From Isurus oxyrinchus (Eukaryota), in the NCBI GenBank assembly GCA_026770705.1, contig JANJGN010000026.1:34844001-34908000 (forward strand): 64,000 bases of DNA, written 5' to 3'. The position numbers were made by a program, and so were the translations under genes. The notes below the pieces were generated by a model that did no database searches, was not told where the DNA came from, and saw only the letters and a program-made list of their open reading frames with translations. The stretch's first letter is position 1. Each line of letters starts with the position of its first letter. Below, one piece after another: positions 37,260 to 50,969 of this stretch.

Positions 37260-38548
37260 GATACTTCCTGAGTCAGTAACTCTGCAGAGCGAGAGGTCCT
37301 CTGTCGGAGCAGAAATACATATCCCCGTTCCACTGCACTGCTGATCCAGCCAATGACAGGAATGGACCAGCAGCAACAACCTCTCCAATAACACAATCAG
37401 GTCAGAGCGACAGCAGCAACCGGAAGCTGTGGGTGGTGATACTGTACACTCAAAACTGAGTGAAATGTGCCGTGACTCTCAGCTGCACTCGGAACTCATG
37501 GAGCAGAAATAGTGACGGTTGAGTCCGCATAAGTCCCTGACCATCCTGCACCTGCTCACTGTTCAAGTGACTGAGAAAAATAGTGGGAGGGACAGGAAAG
37601 GACTCGAATCATGGAATTTTAGAGCAAGCAACGGCTGATAGGAACAAGCGTCCTAGGATGTGGAGGATGTTGTGTGAGTTGGACCTGCTTTCGGCTAGAC
37701 AGCTGAAGAAGAGGATTTACGGAGAACAATCCCAGTTTCTCTGAGGCCCTTATCCATGGTACCATTCTGATGTATCGCTTTCACACTTCCTCCAAAGGCC
37801 TTACATTCATTTCTAATTCGTGATGCCCAGGATTGGACACTGTAATGGGGCGCCCCCTGGCAAAGCCAATATTTGCTGTCCAAGCCTAACTGTCCGAAAA
37901 CTGCATATTTCTGAGTCAACCGCATTGCTATGGGTCTGGAGTCATATGTAGGCCAGATCAGATAAGGATCACAAATTTCCTTCCCTACATTCCTTACAAC
38001 AACGGATGATAGTTTCATTGTCACTATTACTGAGATTGTTTTTATATTCCAGATTAATGAATTGAATTTAAATTCCTGCAGCTGCCATGGTGGGACTAGA
38101 ACCCATGCTCCCAGAACACTTTCCTGGGCCTCTGAATTGTTAGACCAGTGATATTATTAATACTCCACTATGTCCCCACATTTGTCATCACTTTCTGGCA
38201 TTAGCATGAGAAACAATACTGACAGTGTTTAATCAGGTCCAAGTTAGACTTCTGAGAGATATTGTCTGACATTCGCGCTTTAACATGTAAATCAAGAAAT
38301 CTAGTCAATGACCCCATTCTAAACCGGACTGAACAGAATTCATCAGCAGAGGGCGCCAAGGGCATCGCAAATTCACGTGTCACCAACGGTAAAGCCAATA
38401 GGGACGGTTTCCAGAGTGAGGTCACAATGGGCCTGGCCCCCTGCAGTATGTGTGTGGAACAATGAGCTGAATAGATTGCGGGTGAGGGAACTCCTTCTCA
38501 ACCTCTGACTCAGTCCATTCACATTCACTGACAGAGATTCAATCAGAC

Positions 38549-39072
38549 ATGTTTCTGATAATACTAGCCGCTCTCTGGGACAGTAAACACTCGATTTTGG
38601 TAATCAAGACACGTTAGCAGATTGATGCAATTGCAGCTTGTACAGGAATTTAATGTTGTTTGCGATCCTATATTATGGATATTATGGATAGTTGAGAGGT
38701 GGGAATTAATACAAATTCACACAGCTAGACACAGAATTAGATTGATCCTGTTTAATCTGCTGCTCTTTTGTTCCTCTTTCTATCACAGACGGACAATGTG
38801 CAGATCCAGTAACACAATATCCAACGGCAATAACCGTGTCAGAAGGGGTTTGGTGAAGTTATATTGCAAATACAAAACCATGGATATACACCATAGCATC
38901 GGCAAAAAAAAAAAAGCCTCCAAGCTGGATCATTAGCAAAGCAACAACACTAAAGTGATTCGAAATCTCAGGACGATATCTGGTGGCTGCTGACAAGTCT
39001 AAACAGTCCAGTTACCTCAATATTAACTGCCTGAGTGTGGTGGGTGGGCCGGTCAATTACTATGCAGTGAGG
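38549..39072 (+). pseudogene. TCR V pseudogene, paralog of the 49.8-kb V
   Basis: Leader MFLIILAALWD 38549-82; exon from 38789 GQCADPVTQYPTAITVSEG, frameshifts, YYC->NYY; RSS CATAGCG-23-ACAAAAACC 39073-39111. Confidence 0.88.
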
Positions 39073-40439
39073 CATAGCGTCAGTTAAGAGCCAAGATTCC
39101 GTACAAAAACCTGAGTGAGTGTTCCAGGCTTTATTCAGTGCTCTTTGGCTCTTTTACGCGTGGGAATCCTGACCCCAAGCCAACTGAGATCAAATATTGG
39201 CAGATTGGCTTTTCAAACAGTTTTATTGTTGTTGTTGCCCTTGTGCACATCAAAGGGAACCGGTCTGGGAAATCTTGAGCCATTTGTTTATGTCCACAGC
39301 TCTCTCTCCTCGGTAAGGGTCTCCAAGTTCATCCGGAATATTGATATGTGAACAGAGGCAGAGAAAGCTTTTCGGAGGAACAGCAACTAAAGCCTAACAT
39401 TACGAACCTCTCTTCCAGACCTCTAACTCAGACAAACTCGGGGAGATTCTGCGCCATTCGTTCCTGTAACAAAATACAGAATTTGACAAAGTCGGGGACT
39501 GGGTGTAACACATGAAATATGCAATGACTATTTGAACATACACTCGCCATATAACATCACCAGAAAGGAACGTGGGGTGTATCAGGTTTCGATTTTGACA
39601 GAAAATAACTGAATTTTAAAGGTTTTTTGATAGTTTTCTTCTGATGTTAAAGAATAAACATGAACTAGGGGCAGGCTTCACATATTGGGATGCCGAGGGG
39701 GAGTATAATATGTAAGAAAGCTCTCTGATACTGGCACAGGTTACAAACGGTCATATGAACAAACATAAGAGGTGCCTTTTTTGCCAGTCGCTTGAAAGTA
39801 AATTTCTCGGGTCTTCCCCGGATACTGGATGTACCAGAACAATGTTGAATCAGTTTTCAATTAACTGTGCAGCTCAAAGTAAAGATCTGCCTTTCCTGAA
39901 GCATTACTAAAGACGGATTCTGGGGCACCCATTCAGCCCTGTTTATCTTCAGAATGAGTGAATCGTCTGGGTATAAATATAACCCTTGAAACACATACAT
40001 GCATTGATCATTTGAACATAGACTCTCTGAGCAACACGAAAAATAGAAAGAATAATATGAACAAGAAGAATGTGACAGAATAATGCAACCAAATCCTTCA
40101 GTAATTTAAGGCATTATTGAATTTCCAGGCAATTGCCATTTACCTCACAGCGACACGAGAGGGCGCTGCATCATCGTTTTTGGATGTTGCCTGCAGCAGA
40201 TCAGTCAAAAGACCACAGGGGCCTGGGGAATGAGGAAGGCCTTTCGTCCCATCTTATTTCGTCCGTCTAGAAATGCCCCGCACTCCGACAGTTTCCTCTG
40301 GTAAATACAAAACTAATTCCTCGGTTTTGAATTCTGTTACTCGGGAATGCTCAAGAGGGCAGAATGGGAATAACACAGAGATCTTGGAGGATTGTGGAGC
40401 TCAAGGAGATGATAGAAATCGGGCGGGGCGCGGCCATGG

Positions 40440-41200
40440 GGAGAGAGATTTGAAATCAAGAATGAGAATTTTAAAATCAGTATGTTGCTCGGGTAGGAAC
40501 TAATGTAGGTCAGGGAGCATAGGCTCTATTAACGAAACAGGACATGTTGATAGTCAAGTCACTGACAGCCGATGTTTTAATGAGACCAAGTTTACCGAGA
40601 ATGGAATGTTGGAGACCAGGCAGGACCATCTTGCAGTTGCTGAGTCGAAAGGTAACTAAGTTATAGTTGAGGGTTTCACCAGCAGATGGGCTGAGACGGG
40701 GCAAAGTGCGGCGCCTATATGGAGGTGGAAAAAGGCGGTCTCAGAAATGGCACAAAGATAAAGTTGGAAACTCATCTCAGGATTAAATGTGACAGCAAAG
40801 TTGCAAATAAACTGGCTTAATATCAGAACGTTGCCATGGAGAAGGATGGCGTCGTTAACTAGGAAATGGAGATTGAATCGGGGACTGTAAACAGTGGCTT
40901 CAGTCTTCCCAACATTTGTTTGGAGAAATTTCTGCTCGTTGGGACTGGAAGTTGGATAAGCATTGTGATAATTTAGCAGCAGGGAAGAGGTCGACAGTGC
41001 TGGCGGTGGTGAGGTAGAGTTTCGTGTTGTCAGCGTACATGTAAAAACTGAGGTTGTATTTTTAGATGACACCGCCAAGGGGCAGCATGTAGATTCGAAA
41101 TAGAAGGACACCAAGCAGAGATCCTTGGGGGACAACAGATGAGCAGGAGAAAAAACCATTACAAGTGAATCTCTGGCAACTGTTTGAGTGACGATCCATC
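40440..41200 (-). mobile_element. L2-type LINE fragment
   Basis: FLQTNVGKTEA...NFAVTFNPEMSFQ...AFFHLHI on the minus strand, typical of the L2 ORF2 C-terminus. Confidence 0.7.
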
Positions 41201-42887
41201 TCTTGATCTTAGATCTAAACTTACATTTCACTGGATTGAATCTGTATCAACTTGCAATAAATTTCAAGGGAAACTCTTGCCAGATGACGTGCTGTTTTAA
41301 CTCCCTATGTTACTGATTTAATTCCCTTTCCTCGTATTCATGCTTTCATTTTAATCACTGTCTTCCACATTGTCTCTTCCTCTGTTTCTCCCGCTGACTC
41401 TTCATTCGTTTCTTTACATTTATCAGATTCTATGTGTTCCTCCCTTCCTGTATCTGCATCTAGTTCCCTCCTTGCTCTGTCGTTTCTCTCAATATCTCTC
41501 CCTCTTTGTAACTCGTTGTCTCTCCCACATTTTCAATCTTCCTTCATTTCTCTTTTATTCTTTCTCTGTCTCTGCCTCGGCCGATCTCCCTGTACTTCCA
41601 CCACTTTACTCTCCTGCATGTCCCTCTATACTTGTTGTTCTCTCTGTTTTTCTCAATTTCTCTCCTTCATTTCCTCCTCTTATCTCTGTTTCCCTTTCTG
41701 CCTCTCCCTCAGTCTTTCTCCTAGTATCTCTTTCTGTGTTGCTGTCTCCATCTCTCCATCAGTCATTTCCCCTATGTCGCTCCCTGTTTCGTGAGCAATG
41801 GATCTCTCAAAGTGCTTTACAGCCACTGAAGCAGTTTTGAACTGTAGCTGCTGTTGCCGTATAAGAAACTTTGTAGCCAGAATGTGCACAGCAAGATTCC
41901 ACCAGCAGTAATGTGATAATGACCAGCTAATTTCTAATTATGGTGTTGAGTGAGGAATAAACCTTGTCCAGGACATTGGGGATAATTTCCCTTCTTCAGA
42001 ATGCTGCCAGGAGTTCAATTATATCCACCAGAAATGACAGCTGGGACCTCTATTTGAAGCTTTGCCCGAAAGATGGCATCTCAGATAGTGAAGGAATCTC
42101 TCAGTAATATACAGGATTTGCAGCCTTGACTTTGTATTCAAGTCCTGCAGTGACCATGGCTTCCTTTAAAAACAAGTATTAACCCGTTTGGTGCGTCGGT
42201 GGCTTGTGTTGCGTTGAAAATATTTCCATTGCATATCATTGCCGGGAGATTAAACTGGATTGGGTGACCATTCATCCTGTGCCTTTGTAGCCACATGGGT
42301 GCAGGGCTCTACTACAACAACAAGCCCCAAAACCACAGTGTAAAAGTTAAAACAGTCTGCACCCAAGGCCATATGCTGCTTTACTCGATTCATTGCTTCA
42401 ATTTGAATGCAGGAACATACCAGTTAGCAGAACTGATGAGCCCATTCTCCGTCAGAAAATATATGCCCCTAATTTGTGTCTCCATTGGGTTTCGAACCAA
42501 ATCGGTGCTGGTGAAAGGCCATTGTCTGTGCCGTTGACCTAATCGGTTCCCATCAAAGGTCACTATTGCACTCAGTCTAGGGTGATTTCACTCCAGGCCC
42601 AATATTGTCAAAGGACAAGCGTCTGACTCACCATGTCAAAATGTTCTGCTTGTTCTCAGAGGGCACCGTTGTTTGGTGTCAAGTAATGAGAAACAAGGCC
42701 CCCAGAGGGCGTGTCAGGGAAAATCTCATCGTTGGATGGTTCCCCTTCCCTCGGTGAGTATATAAGAGGCACTTGCCTTCATACCAAGCAGGAAATAACA
42801 TAATCGATTGCATATCAGAATCATTCCAAACTAAATCGATTTTCCTGTAATATTCCAATTCCCCCGCCCAAAATCCAGGAAAACACA

Positions 42888-43291
42888 ATGAGTGAAATAG
42901 TGACTTTCAATTTATTGATTTTAGGTGAGTGTTTTGTGCTGAAAATCGGTGTTACAACTTTTTTTTGCTATTTCTTTGTTTCTCTTTTCCCTGTCCTTCA
43001 TTCTCAACAGTGATCGGCGGAGAGGCTGCGATTCACCAACCACAGCAGATGTTTGCACAAGAGGGACAATCGACTGAAATCCGGTGCAATGCAACGACAA
43101 GAGGTACGGAGAGCACCCACTGGTACAGATAACTGGAAGGCCGTGGCCCAAAATTTATTCTATCTGCTATCAGCAGCAACTCCAGTGACGGGCGGTTCAC
43201 TCTCTTTATTGACCCAACAAGAAGTTATAACATTCTCGGTATTGGCAGAACCATGGTGTCAGACGCTGGAGTGTATCACTGTGCAACGAAG
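42888..43291 (+). pseudogene. TCR V pseudogene (single in-frame stop)
   Basis: Leader MSEIVTFNLLIL 42888-42924; exon from 43011 IGGEAAIHQPQQMFAQEGQSTEIRCNATTRGTESTHWYR*LEGRGPKFIL...DAGVYHCATK; TAA 43130-32; RSS CACTGTG-23-ACAATATCT 43292-43330. Confidence 0.9.
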
Positions 43292-43914
43292 CACTGTGAG
43301 ACAAAGACTGAGTGCTTCAATACAATATCTACTGCAGGCTCCTATCAGACAATCTCAACGCGTCTACCTGCTCTCCGAAATGTTTTGACTCACATATTGT
43401 TGCACATCTATCCTCAACATGTTGTTCAGACTGTCCTGAATATACATACTCTTTTATGGCATGTGGTTGTACATCTCAATTCATCCTAGAACAAAGCAGT
43501 TATTCAGGCTGAGCTGAGTATTTTTACTCCTCTGCGCGGTAGAGTTAAACATGCTCCACCTATTCTGTCAGAAATAATTTTTACTGTATTCGAACTTACG
43601 GCGCCATAAAAATCCCTTTCAATGGTCACCATCCCAAAGAGATTCTGTTCCCCTCACTACCCTCCACAAGTATAAGAGGCACGTGCTGATCTTTAGACAA
43701 CTAACCGCGGGTGAAGGAAGCAGACAATCAAAAATATTACGTCGTGAGTGAAGAATGCCCATTTCCAACCAATCTAAAAGCAGAAAGCCCACCTGACTGA
43801 AAATTTAACAGGGTGGCTCTGATATTAATTAGACTATTCAATGTGTTTCCCTCAGTTCTTGTTCTCCTGATGTGAGTTATGTGTCGTTTTCCTATTGCTA
43901 TCTGAACTGCAGGG

Positions 43915-44326
43915 ATGCAGTGACTGTACCACTCGTCATTCTGGTGCTGCTAACTTGTAGATACGAGATCTGTACTCAATAACTCGCAGTGTTTATTTTC
44001 TGCAATCACCTTGCTCCCGTGTCTCATTGTTTGGATGTTTGTACAGGTCGATGTCACTCGACCGAGTGCTGCAGTCTCCTGCTTCGAGAATAGTCCTCAG
44101 GGGGGATTCGGTGCAGATAAACTGCAACTATGATGTGTCCGATATTTGCGCTCCTGCATTGGTACAAGTGGAAATCCGGCCTCAGACTGGACTGGTAATA
44201 AAGCAAGCATTCGCTGGCAGGGAGAAAAGCGGCGATGTGAATTGGGCCTTTCCACTGTGGAGAAACAGGGTGATTGAGAGCATGGAGAGTGTGGATCCCT
44301 CTCCGTATTACTGTGCGTTAGATCCC
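43915..44326 (+). pseudogene. TCR V pseudogene, paralog of the 47.5-kb V
   Basis: Broken leader from 43915; exon from 44047 ...GDSVQINCNYDVS, frameshifts, YYCALDP; heptamer CACACTG 44327-33 with a spacer homologous to the 47.9-kb RSS. Confidence 0.88.
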
Positions 44327-47300
44327 CACACTGAGAGGAAAGGCGGCAGTCACTCATAAAAATCTGCTCCTGTTTGCAGTTACGGAACAGCTGCAGCAAT
44401 GTCTCCAATAGCATAGGGCAGGCAAGATGGTACAGAACGGGAGCAACAAAGAGAGGCAGTGAGGGGGCCTGCCATGGGTAATGATAGCTCAAAGTGTGTA
44501 TTTAACTCCTAGTTGAGTACTGTTTTGATCAAGAATCTTGGTCACATCATAAAGTATCGGACTGAGAAGGCAGTCACTCAGTGAGTGCAGTCTTTAGTGT
44601 GAGGAAAGCTTTCCCATTACATTAATGTGGGGTTATATTGAACGGTGACTTTAATGGGTGTTGGTCTATTTCAAGGCGATGTTTGGAAGCTCATTGAAAG
44701 CGTCAACATAATCCTATTGGAATATTTGCATTTACACGAAAGTATTCACACTGCGCTACAGTTACCCTCTGCACCTTAAACAAAGAAAAAAAAAACTGTC
44801 TGAAAGAATGACATTGTGATAACGCTAGAACAACTTTTGAGTTTTGCCCAGAGAGGCGAAAGGGAACATTCCCCTTGTTTATCGCAGCATATTGTTAATG
44901 AAACTCCACTCTGTGTTAATCATCTCAGTCTGTTGAGTTATAGTGATTGAAACGTTTCTAGAGACACATGTAAGCCAGACCAGATAAGGACGCCATATTT
45001 CCTTTCCTCAGGGGCTTTAATGAAACAGGTAGGTTTTTACAACAATCGGTGATAGTGGTCGTGGTCAGCATTACTGATTTATAACCCAGAGTTGCTCTTT
45101 GAACGCGTGTCCCCAGAGCATTTCCCTGGGCCCCTGGATTTCCAGTCCAGTGATACCAATTTGCCACCATCTCTCCCGAACATGGGTCACCTACGTTCAA
45201 TGCTACATTTTGTCAGCTTTGATATCATCTCTTACCAGTAACATTCAAATGGGTAGGTAATTCCTCGGAGGGGGATTACAGCCCCTTCTCCAAATATCTG
45301 TGAAATTAGAGCTGGATGCCCATGTTCATTGTTTGTACAGGGCTCCAGTCTGTCATTGTGTTTTCCTCTCATATTCCCCTGTTTCAAGTGATTCCTTTCT
45401 CAGCCTCAGTGAAAATTAATCCCGGGTGACGGAACTCCTTCTTTCAGAGGGAGCAATGACTGAGGCTCCGAGAGGCCGCTGCCCCTCTGCCTGACACTCA
45501 TCAGCTTGATCACCTCTACAAAAGATTTTCACTGACCTACACACTATATATTCATTGTCAAAAGTGTACAGATATCTTAGAATTCCCACCCCAACAGCCA
45601 AGGTTCATGACATCCCGGAAAAAGATAATGCCTTTTTAGTGCCCAGATTGAAATACTGGTAATTATGTTCAGGTCCTGAATTTGAGGTGGAATCCACAAT
45701 CTACTGATTCTGAAATCAGAGTCAAGTTGCTTCAGCTACTAAACTGCTGCAAGGTTTAAGATAGTCCATTATGACTACAATTGTGCCATAGCATTCATTA
45801 ACGCAGTTGCTGTTAAGCTTTCCTTTGCTAATTTCACGAATAAAAACGTCAAAAGCATAATTATAGAACGTTTGATTAATAAAAAATCAGTTCAAATAAT
45901 TAGGAAATGTCACAGCAAAGATGGAAAATATTCTTATCACCAGAACCATGTCCTCACTCTGAATAAAACTATCCAATTAGCTCCCCTCTCCACTTTCTCC
46001 AAAGGCCCACACATCTTTCACTTTCATGTATAAGTACAATTTCCTTTTGAAAGTGAAGCTGATTATGCTTCCTTCTCCATACCAGGAAAGGTACTTCAGC
46101 TCATTACAACTCGCTGCATAAAAAAAATCTAATTTACCTCTTTAGTATTTACGAATTGTCCGAACTCCGAGTACTCTACCTATTATTCCTTCTGCCAGAA
46201 ATATCAATATCTCACTAACAACTCTGTTAAAAGCCTTCATAAATTTAAACACGTCCATTACATCATTCTTTCCCATTCTCTACTCTAGGCAAACCAGTCA
46301 CAGTTTCTCTAATCTCTTAACATAACCGAGGCCTATCATCCATGGTATAATTCTCGTAAACCTATTCTCGACCCACTCCAAGGCTAGGACATGCTTCTGA
46401 AAGTGTGGATTCAAATAAACTCAATCATTCTTCTCCTTCAGATAATTTCGAATGATAAATGTTCTCTTAGAATTAAGCTGAGCAGTAATCTATGTAATAC
46501 CAATATTGGTAACAATGTGATGTTGCTTTCTCCAAAGTGCTCAGCAAAATTGGTTTCTCTATCATTCAGGTGTCAGTAGATCACTGTCGCCACCTGCTGA
46601 CGTACAGCTTCTTCTCTAGGCCCCGGAGTTTATCGGAGATGGTTCAGAATTCTTTCCGCAACCACGTCCTCTTATTGATTGAAGTTCATGCACAGGAGTT
46701 TCTTAGAGCAAATCACGAGGGGCAAGAGATCAAGAGGAATTATATGCAGACAGACCAAAATCGTTATCATAAATTATGAGAAATATTCCATGGGAAAGTG
46801 AGCAGAAATGGAAAATGATAAACTGACACTGTCCTGAATTTGGTTTCTTTTCCCGCATCACATCCTTTGCTCATTTGTGTTAAAGCTGCGAGGGCAGACT
46901 TTCATGCCCAGCTTTCGTTCACTCCCTGTTATCTATAGCCCACCCTATCCCTCGCCCTAGGGGGGTTTGAACCAGCTCCACGGTCAAAGCTCCCAGGAAC
47001 TGTGCACAGCTGTATGATGAATTACCGAAAAGCGCCAATGCGTTTCTCCTTCAATTCTGTCCCGACACAAATTCAAAAATCTTACAGTTATGGGAATTTG
47101 AATATACAATTCCAGCACGAGAACTGATATGATAGGATTTCATTCCTTAAGACAATCTTTGTCCAGAGTTTCAAATGTTTGCAAAAGCCCGGGAGCCACG
47201 TTTGTCCCTTTGGAGAATCAGTGCCGCAGAGTTATTGCGTTCCGCTCACTTCCCACCACAAGGAGTAAAGGAAATTCCTGGCGTTTCGACAATTGACATG

Positions 47301-47504
47301 ATGCGATGGGAACCGATGGCGAAAGGAGCAGGGGATCAGAAACAACATCCTTACGTCACGATAACAAAGTCTATTTCCCACCTACCCAAGAGCAGCAAAA
47401 CCACGTGGCTGTTATATTAACCGGCTATTGACCCCATTCAGGCGCTCTGTTCTCTGCTGATGTGAGCTCTGCTTCCTTTTCTTACTGATACTTGAATTGC
47501 AAGG

Positions 47505-47939
47505 ATGCATTACCCGGTACAAATGAATCTACTCCCTGTCATTTTATTGCTGATAACTTGTAAGTATAGGGGATAAGTCTGTAACCTGTAGAGAGTGTCT
47601 ATTTATACTCACGTTGCTCCAATGTCTCATTGTCTGAATGTTTTTACAGGTCGATGTCGGTCGGAACAAAATTCCCAGTTTCCCGCTGCGAGAACAGTCC
47701 AGAGCGGGGATTCGGTGCAAATAAACTGCAGCTATGACATGTCCAGCACTTACGGAATGCACTGGTACAAACAGAAACCCGGTCAGGGACTGGAGTGGAT
47801 AATGAAGCGAATATTGGATGGCGAAGAGAGAAAAGACCGATTCGATTTGGAACTTTCCACTGCAGACAAACGGGGCCAGTTGGTTATTGAGAAGACGGAG
47901 AGCGCGGATACTGCTGTGTATTACTGTGCCATAGAGCCC
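47505..47939 (+). CDS. TCR alpha/delta V, apparently functional (leader 47505-47559, V 47650-47939)
   Basis: MHYPVQMNLLPVILLLIT(C)RCRSEQNSQFPAARTVQSGDSVQINCSYDMSSTYGMHWYKQKPGQGLEWIM...DTAVYYCAIEP; RSS CACACCG-23-ACAAAAACC 47940-47978. Confidence 0.92.
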
Positions 47940-48369
47940 CACACCGAGAGGAGAGGCGGCAGTTACTGAACAAAAACCTCCCTCCTGTTTACAGCCCCGG
48001 AACAGCTGCAGCGATCTCTCCAATCACAGGCAAGGCAGGTCGGAACGAGAGAAGCAAAAGGGAGGCTTTGAGCAGGGCTGCGGTGGGCTTCATAATATCC
48101 TTCAGATAGCGGCTTTGATGAGAGATTGTTCCAGTCACAGCATAAAGGATCCGAAAGCAGAAACAGACACTCACTGTACGCGGTCTCGTTGTGAGAAAAT
48201 CTTCAGCATTGCTTAATTGTAGGATTATAATCAGTTGAGTCGATTCGGACATTTTACTAAATATGTGTGCATGTGATTCTGCTGTGTGACGGCTGATCCG
48301 AAATTTTAACAGTGATAATTCTTGACTCTGTCGCTCTTCAGTTTGGGAAATTATCTGTCAGGTAATACA

Positions 48370-48630
48370 AGCATAAGAACAAATAGCAGGAGTAGGCCAT
48401 TCAGCCCCTCAAGCCTGCTCCGCCATTTAATAAGATCATGGATGATCTAATTTTAACCTGAAATCTGCACCCCATCTACCCTGATAAACTATCACCCCCT
48501 CCCTTACGAAGAATATATCCATATCTGTCTTAACATATTCAAGGTCTCTGCCTCCACCGCCTTTTCCGGAAGAGAGTTCCAAAGACTCACGATCCTCTGA
48601 GTGAAAAAAAATCCCCCTCATCTCTGTTTC
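48370..48630 (-). mobile_element. CR1 LINE 3' terminus
   Basis: CATAAGAACAAATAGCAGGAGTAGGCCATTCAGCCCCTCAAGCCTGCTCCGCCATT, the CR1 3' end motif. Confidence 0.75.
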
Positions 48631-49672
48631 AGATCAGGTCCCTGGTTCACTGTACTGCTGATCTATCCAATGGCAAGAACAGACCAACGGAAGCAATACC
48701 CCAACAGCAAAATCGGGTCAGAGGACAGGTACAAACGGAAGCTGTGGCCGGGGATGCCGCAGATTGAAAACTGAAAAAAGTGCGCCACGGTGATCAGCTG
48801 CAGCCGGAACTGATGGAGCGGAAATAGCGACGGTTGAATTTCCAGGAGACTGTGAGCATCCTGCACCTGTTCACACATCAGGTGACTGAGAACAAATAAT
48901 GCGGGAGGGGCAGGTGGGGGCCAGAATTAGAGGAAGATACAGGGCAGAATAAAGACTCCGCTTATCGTATCTGCGTCTATTCGAAAGAGCCATACCAATC
49001 GTCTTTCGCAAGCCACATTTTCTACGTTCTTTTCCTTTTTCTACTAATAAACAACTCCATATTGAAATTTACATTTGGATCCTCTTCCCGCATCATTTCA
49101 GGCACCGTATTCCAGACGGTAAAACACACAATGTAATATATAAAACAGATCTTTCCCTCAGTTTTTTCATGAAATCGAAATGATTTGGTTATTCAATCTT
49201 CTGATAATGGGAACAATTGCGATCTAATATGTCAAAAGGGCATAATTTTTAGCACATCAATTGAGTCTCTCTTCTACCTTCTTTGCTACGAGGACAAGAA
49301 ACCAAATTTCCGTATCCTGTTCGCATAAACTTTCTTCGTCTCTGGTACCATTCTGATGTGCAGCGTCCGCACTTGCTCCAAAATCTAGACATTCCTTCTA
49401 CTTAGTCACACCCATGATTTGGGCAGAGAACTCCAGCAACGATTTCTCCAGATTTAACATCACGTTCCCACATGAACATCAGCAGCAAAAAAGACTTTGT
49501 CTGAACAGCTCCAATTTAGAGTTTTGGGATCATTCGTGCCTTGATGTGCATTTCAATAAACCTTGGGTCCAATCAACGGCCGCACCCGAACACGGATTGA
49601 GCCGAATTCACCAGTGGACGGCACCAAATTCAAGCATGGGCGTCACCAAGCCACGTGGTAGAAACGAAAAAG

Positions 49673-49702
49673 CCAATAGGGATGATTTCCTGAGTGATGT
49701 CA
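49673..49702 (+). promoter_or_regulatory. TCR V promoter: CCAAT box plus CRE-like decamer AGTGATGTCA
   Basis: CCAAT 49673, AGTGATGTCA 49693-49702, ~125 nt before the ATG; paralog AGTGAGGTCA at 38415-24. Confidence 0.6.
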
Positions 49703-49826
49703 CAATGAGCCTGGCCACCTGCAGTGTGTGGGTGGAACAATGAGCTGAACAGACTCCGGGTTCCGTCCCTCCTTCTCAATCTCTGGCTCATTCCATTCAC
49801 ATTCATCAGGAGGGATTCATTCGGAC

Positions 49827-50354
49827 ATGTTTCTGATAATACTGGCGGCACTGTTGGACAGTAAGTACTGGATTAAGTTAATCAAGGCAGATTAGTAGAT
49901 TAAGGTACAGCGATTGCGGTAGTATTTAAAACAATTAACGATTAGAAATATCCACATGATGGACAGCTGGGTAGATAGTAAGTTCCACAAAGTCACGGAG
50001 CTACAAACACTTTAGATCAACACTGTTTAACCGCTTGATATTTCATTCCTCTGCCTCACAGACGGATTCTGCGCTGATCCAGTAACTCAGTCCCCAGGCT
50101 CAATAACGGTGTCAGAAGGGGTTTCGGTGCAGTTAGACTGTGAATATACAGATCGGAATATGTACGACATGCAATGGTATCGGCAGCAGACGGCACAGCC
50201 ACCAAGTTGGATTATTACCAATGCCTTAGCACAGAAGAAAAATGAAATTTCAGGACGATATCTGGCGGCTGCTGACAAGTCTCAAAAGAACGGTTACCTC
50301 AATATAAGCGAATTGAGTGTGGAGGACGGGGCAGTGTATTACTGTGCAATGAGG
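49827..50354 (+). CDS. TCR alpha/delta V, apparently functional (leader 49827-49860, V 50062-50354)
   Basis: MFLIILAALLD(N)GFCADPVTQSPGSITVSEGVSVQLDCEYTDRNMYDMQWYRQQTAQPPSWII...DGAVYYCAMR; RSS CACAGCG-23-ACAAAAACC 50355-50393. Confidence 0.93.
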
Positions 50355-50739
50355 CACAGCGTTTGATCGCAGCTAGAAGCCCGTACAAAAACCTCAGCGG
50401 TTTTTGCTCCCGGGTTCCAGAGAAGGGAAACAGACAGGTCTATTCACCGCAGGTTTATTGCCCTGTTTGTCCTTGTCCAAATCCACAGAGAAGCAGTTTT
50501 GGGAAATATGTAAAATTATCTCCATGCCACCATTTATAGTGGAAATAGTTCCGAACTTATCCTGAATGTGGGTTTTCCAACAGAGGTAATGGTGGGTGGA
50601 TTGATCATCTTATTCTACTTATTTAGACAAGCACTTTATTTAATTTACATTGTATATATCATTATGTTAACTTTATTCTTGCTTTGGAAGCTGTTCCTTT
50701 TCGCTGGGAAAAAATTCAGAAATTGGTTTCTCGAGAACG

Positions 50740-50969
50740 CAAGATCAACGATTTTGCGTCAACATAACTCTACGTTCTCTGCACATGAACTTATATTCTT
50801 GAACCGGCAACTCTCCAGTAGAGCTCCCGAGTATTTCTTCCTCATATTCAGTGATGAAAGAGTTGACGGAAGATTTGAAGTATCTGTGGACCGTGGGAAA
50901 GGCTCTGCTACTCTCACTGTTCACTCAGTTCAGTTCTCCGATGCTGCCGTTTAGTACAGTTCGGTGAAG
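50740..50969 (+). pseudogene. Degenerate TCR V remnant
   Basis: NRQLSSRAPEYFFLIFSDERVDGRFEVSVDRGKGSATLTVHSVQFSDAAV*Y; decayed RSS CAGGGGG-23-ACCAGAACT 50970-51008. 5' boundary uncertain. Confidence 0.75.

Noticed and set aside
39290-39470. Possible V remnant paralogous to the 50.7-kb remnant (..SGRFCAIR)
   Set aside because: Too degenerate to support by eye.
41370-41840. 156-aa hydrophobic ORF
   Set aside because: CT-rich low-complexity DNA, not a plausible gene.
42334-42340. Isolated perfect heptamer CACAGTG
   Set aside because: No nonamer at 12 or 23 nt and no adjacent coding segment.
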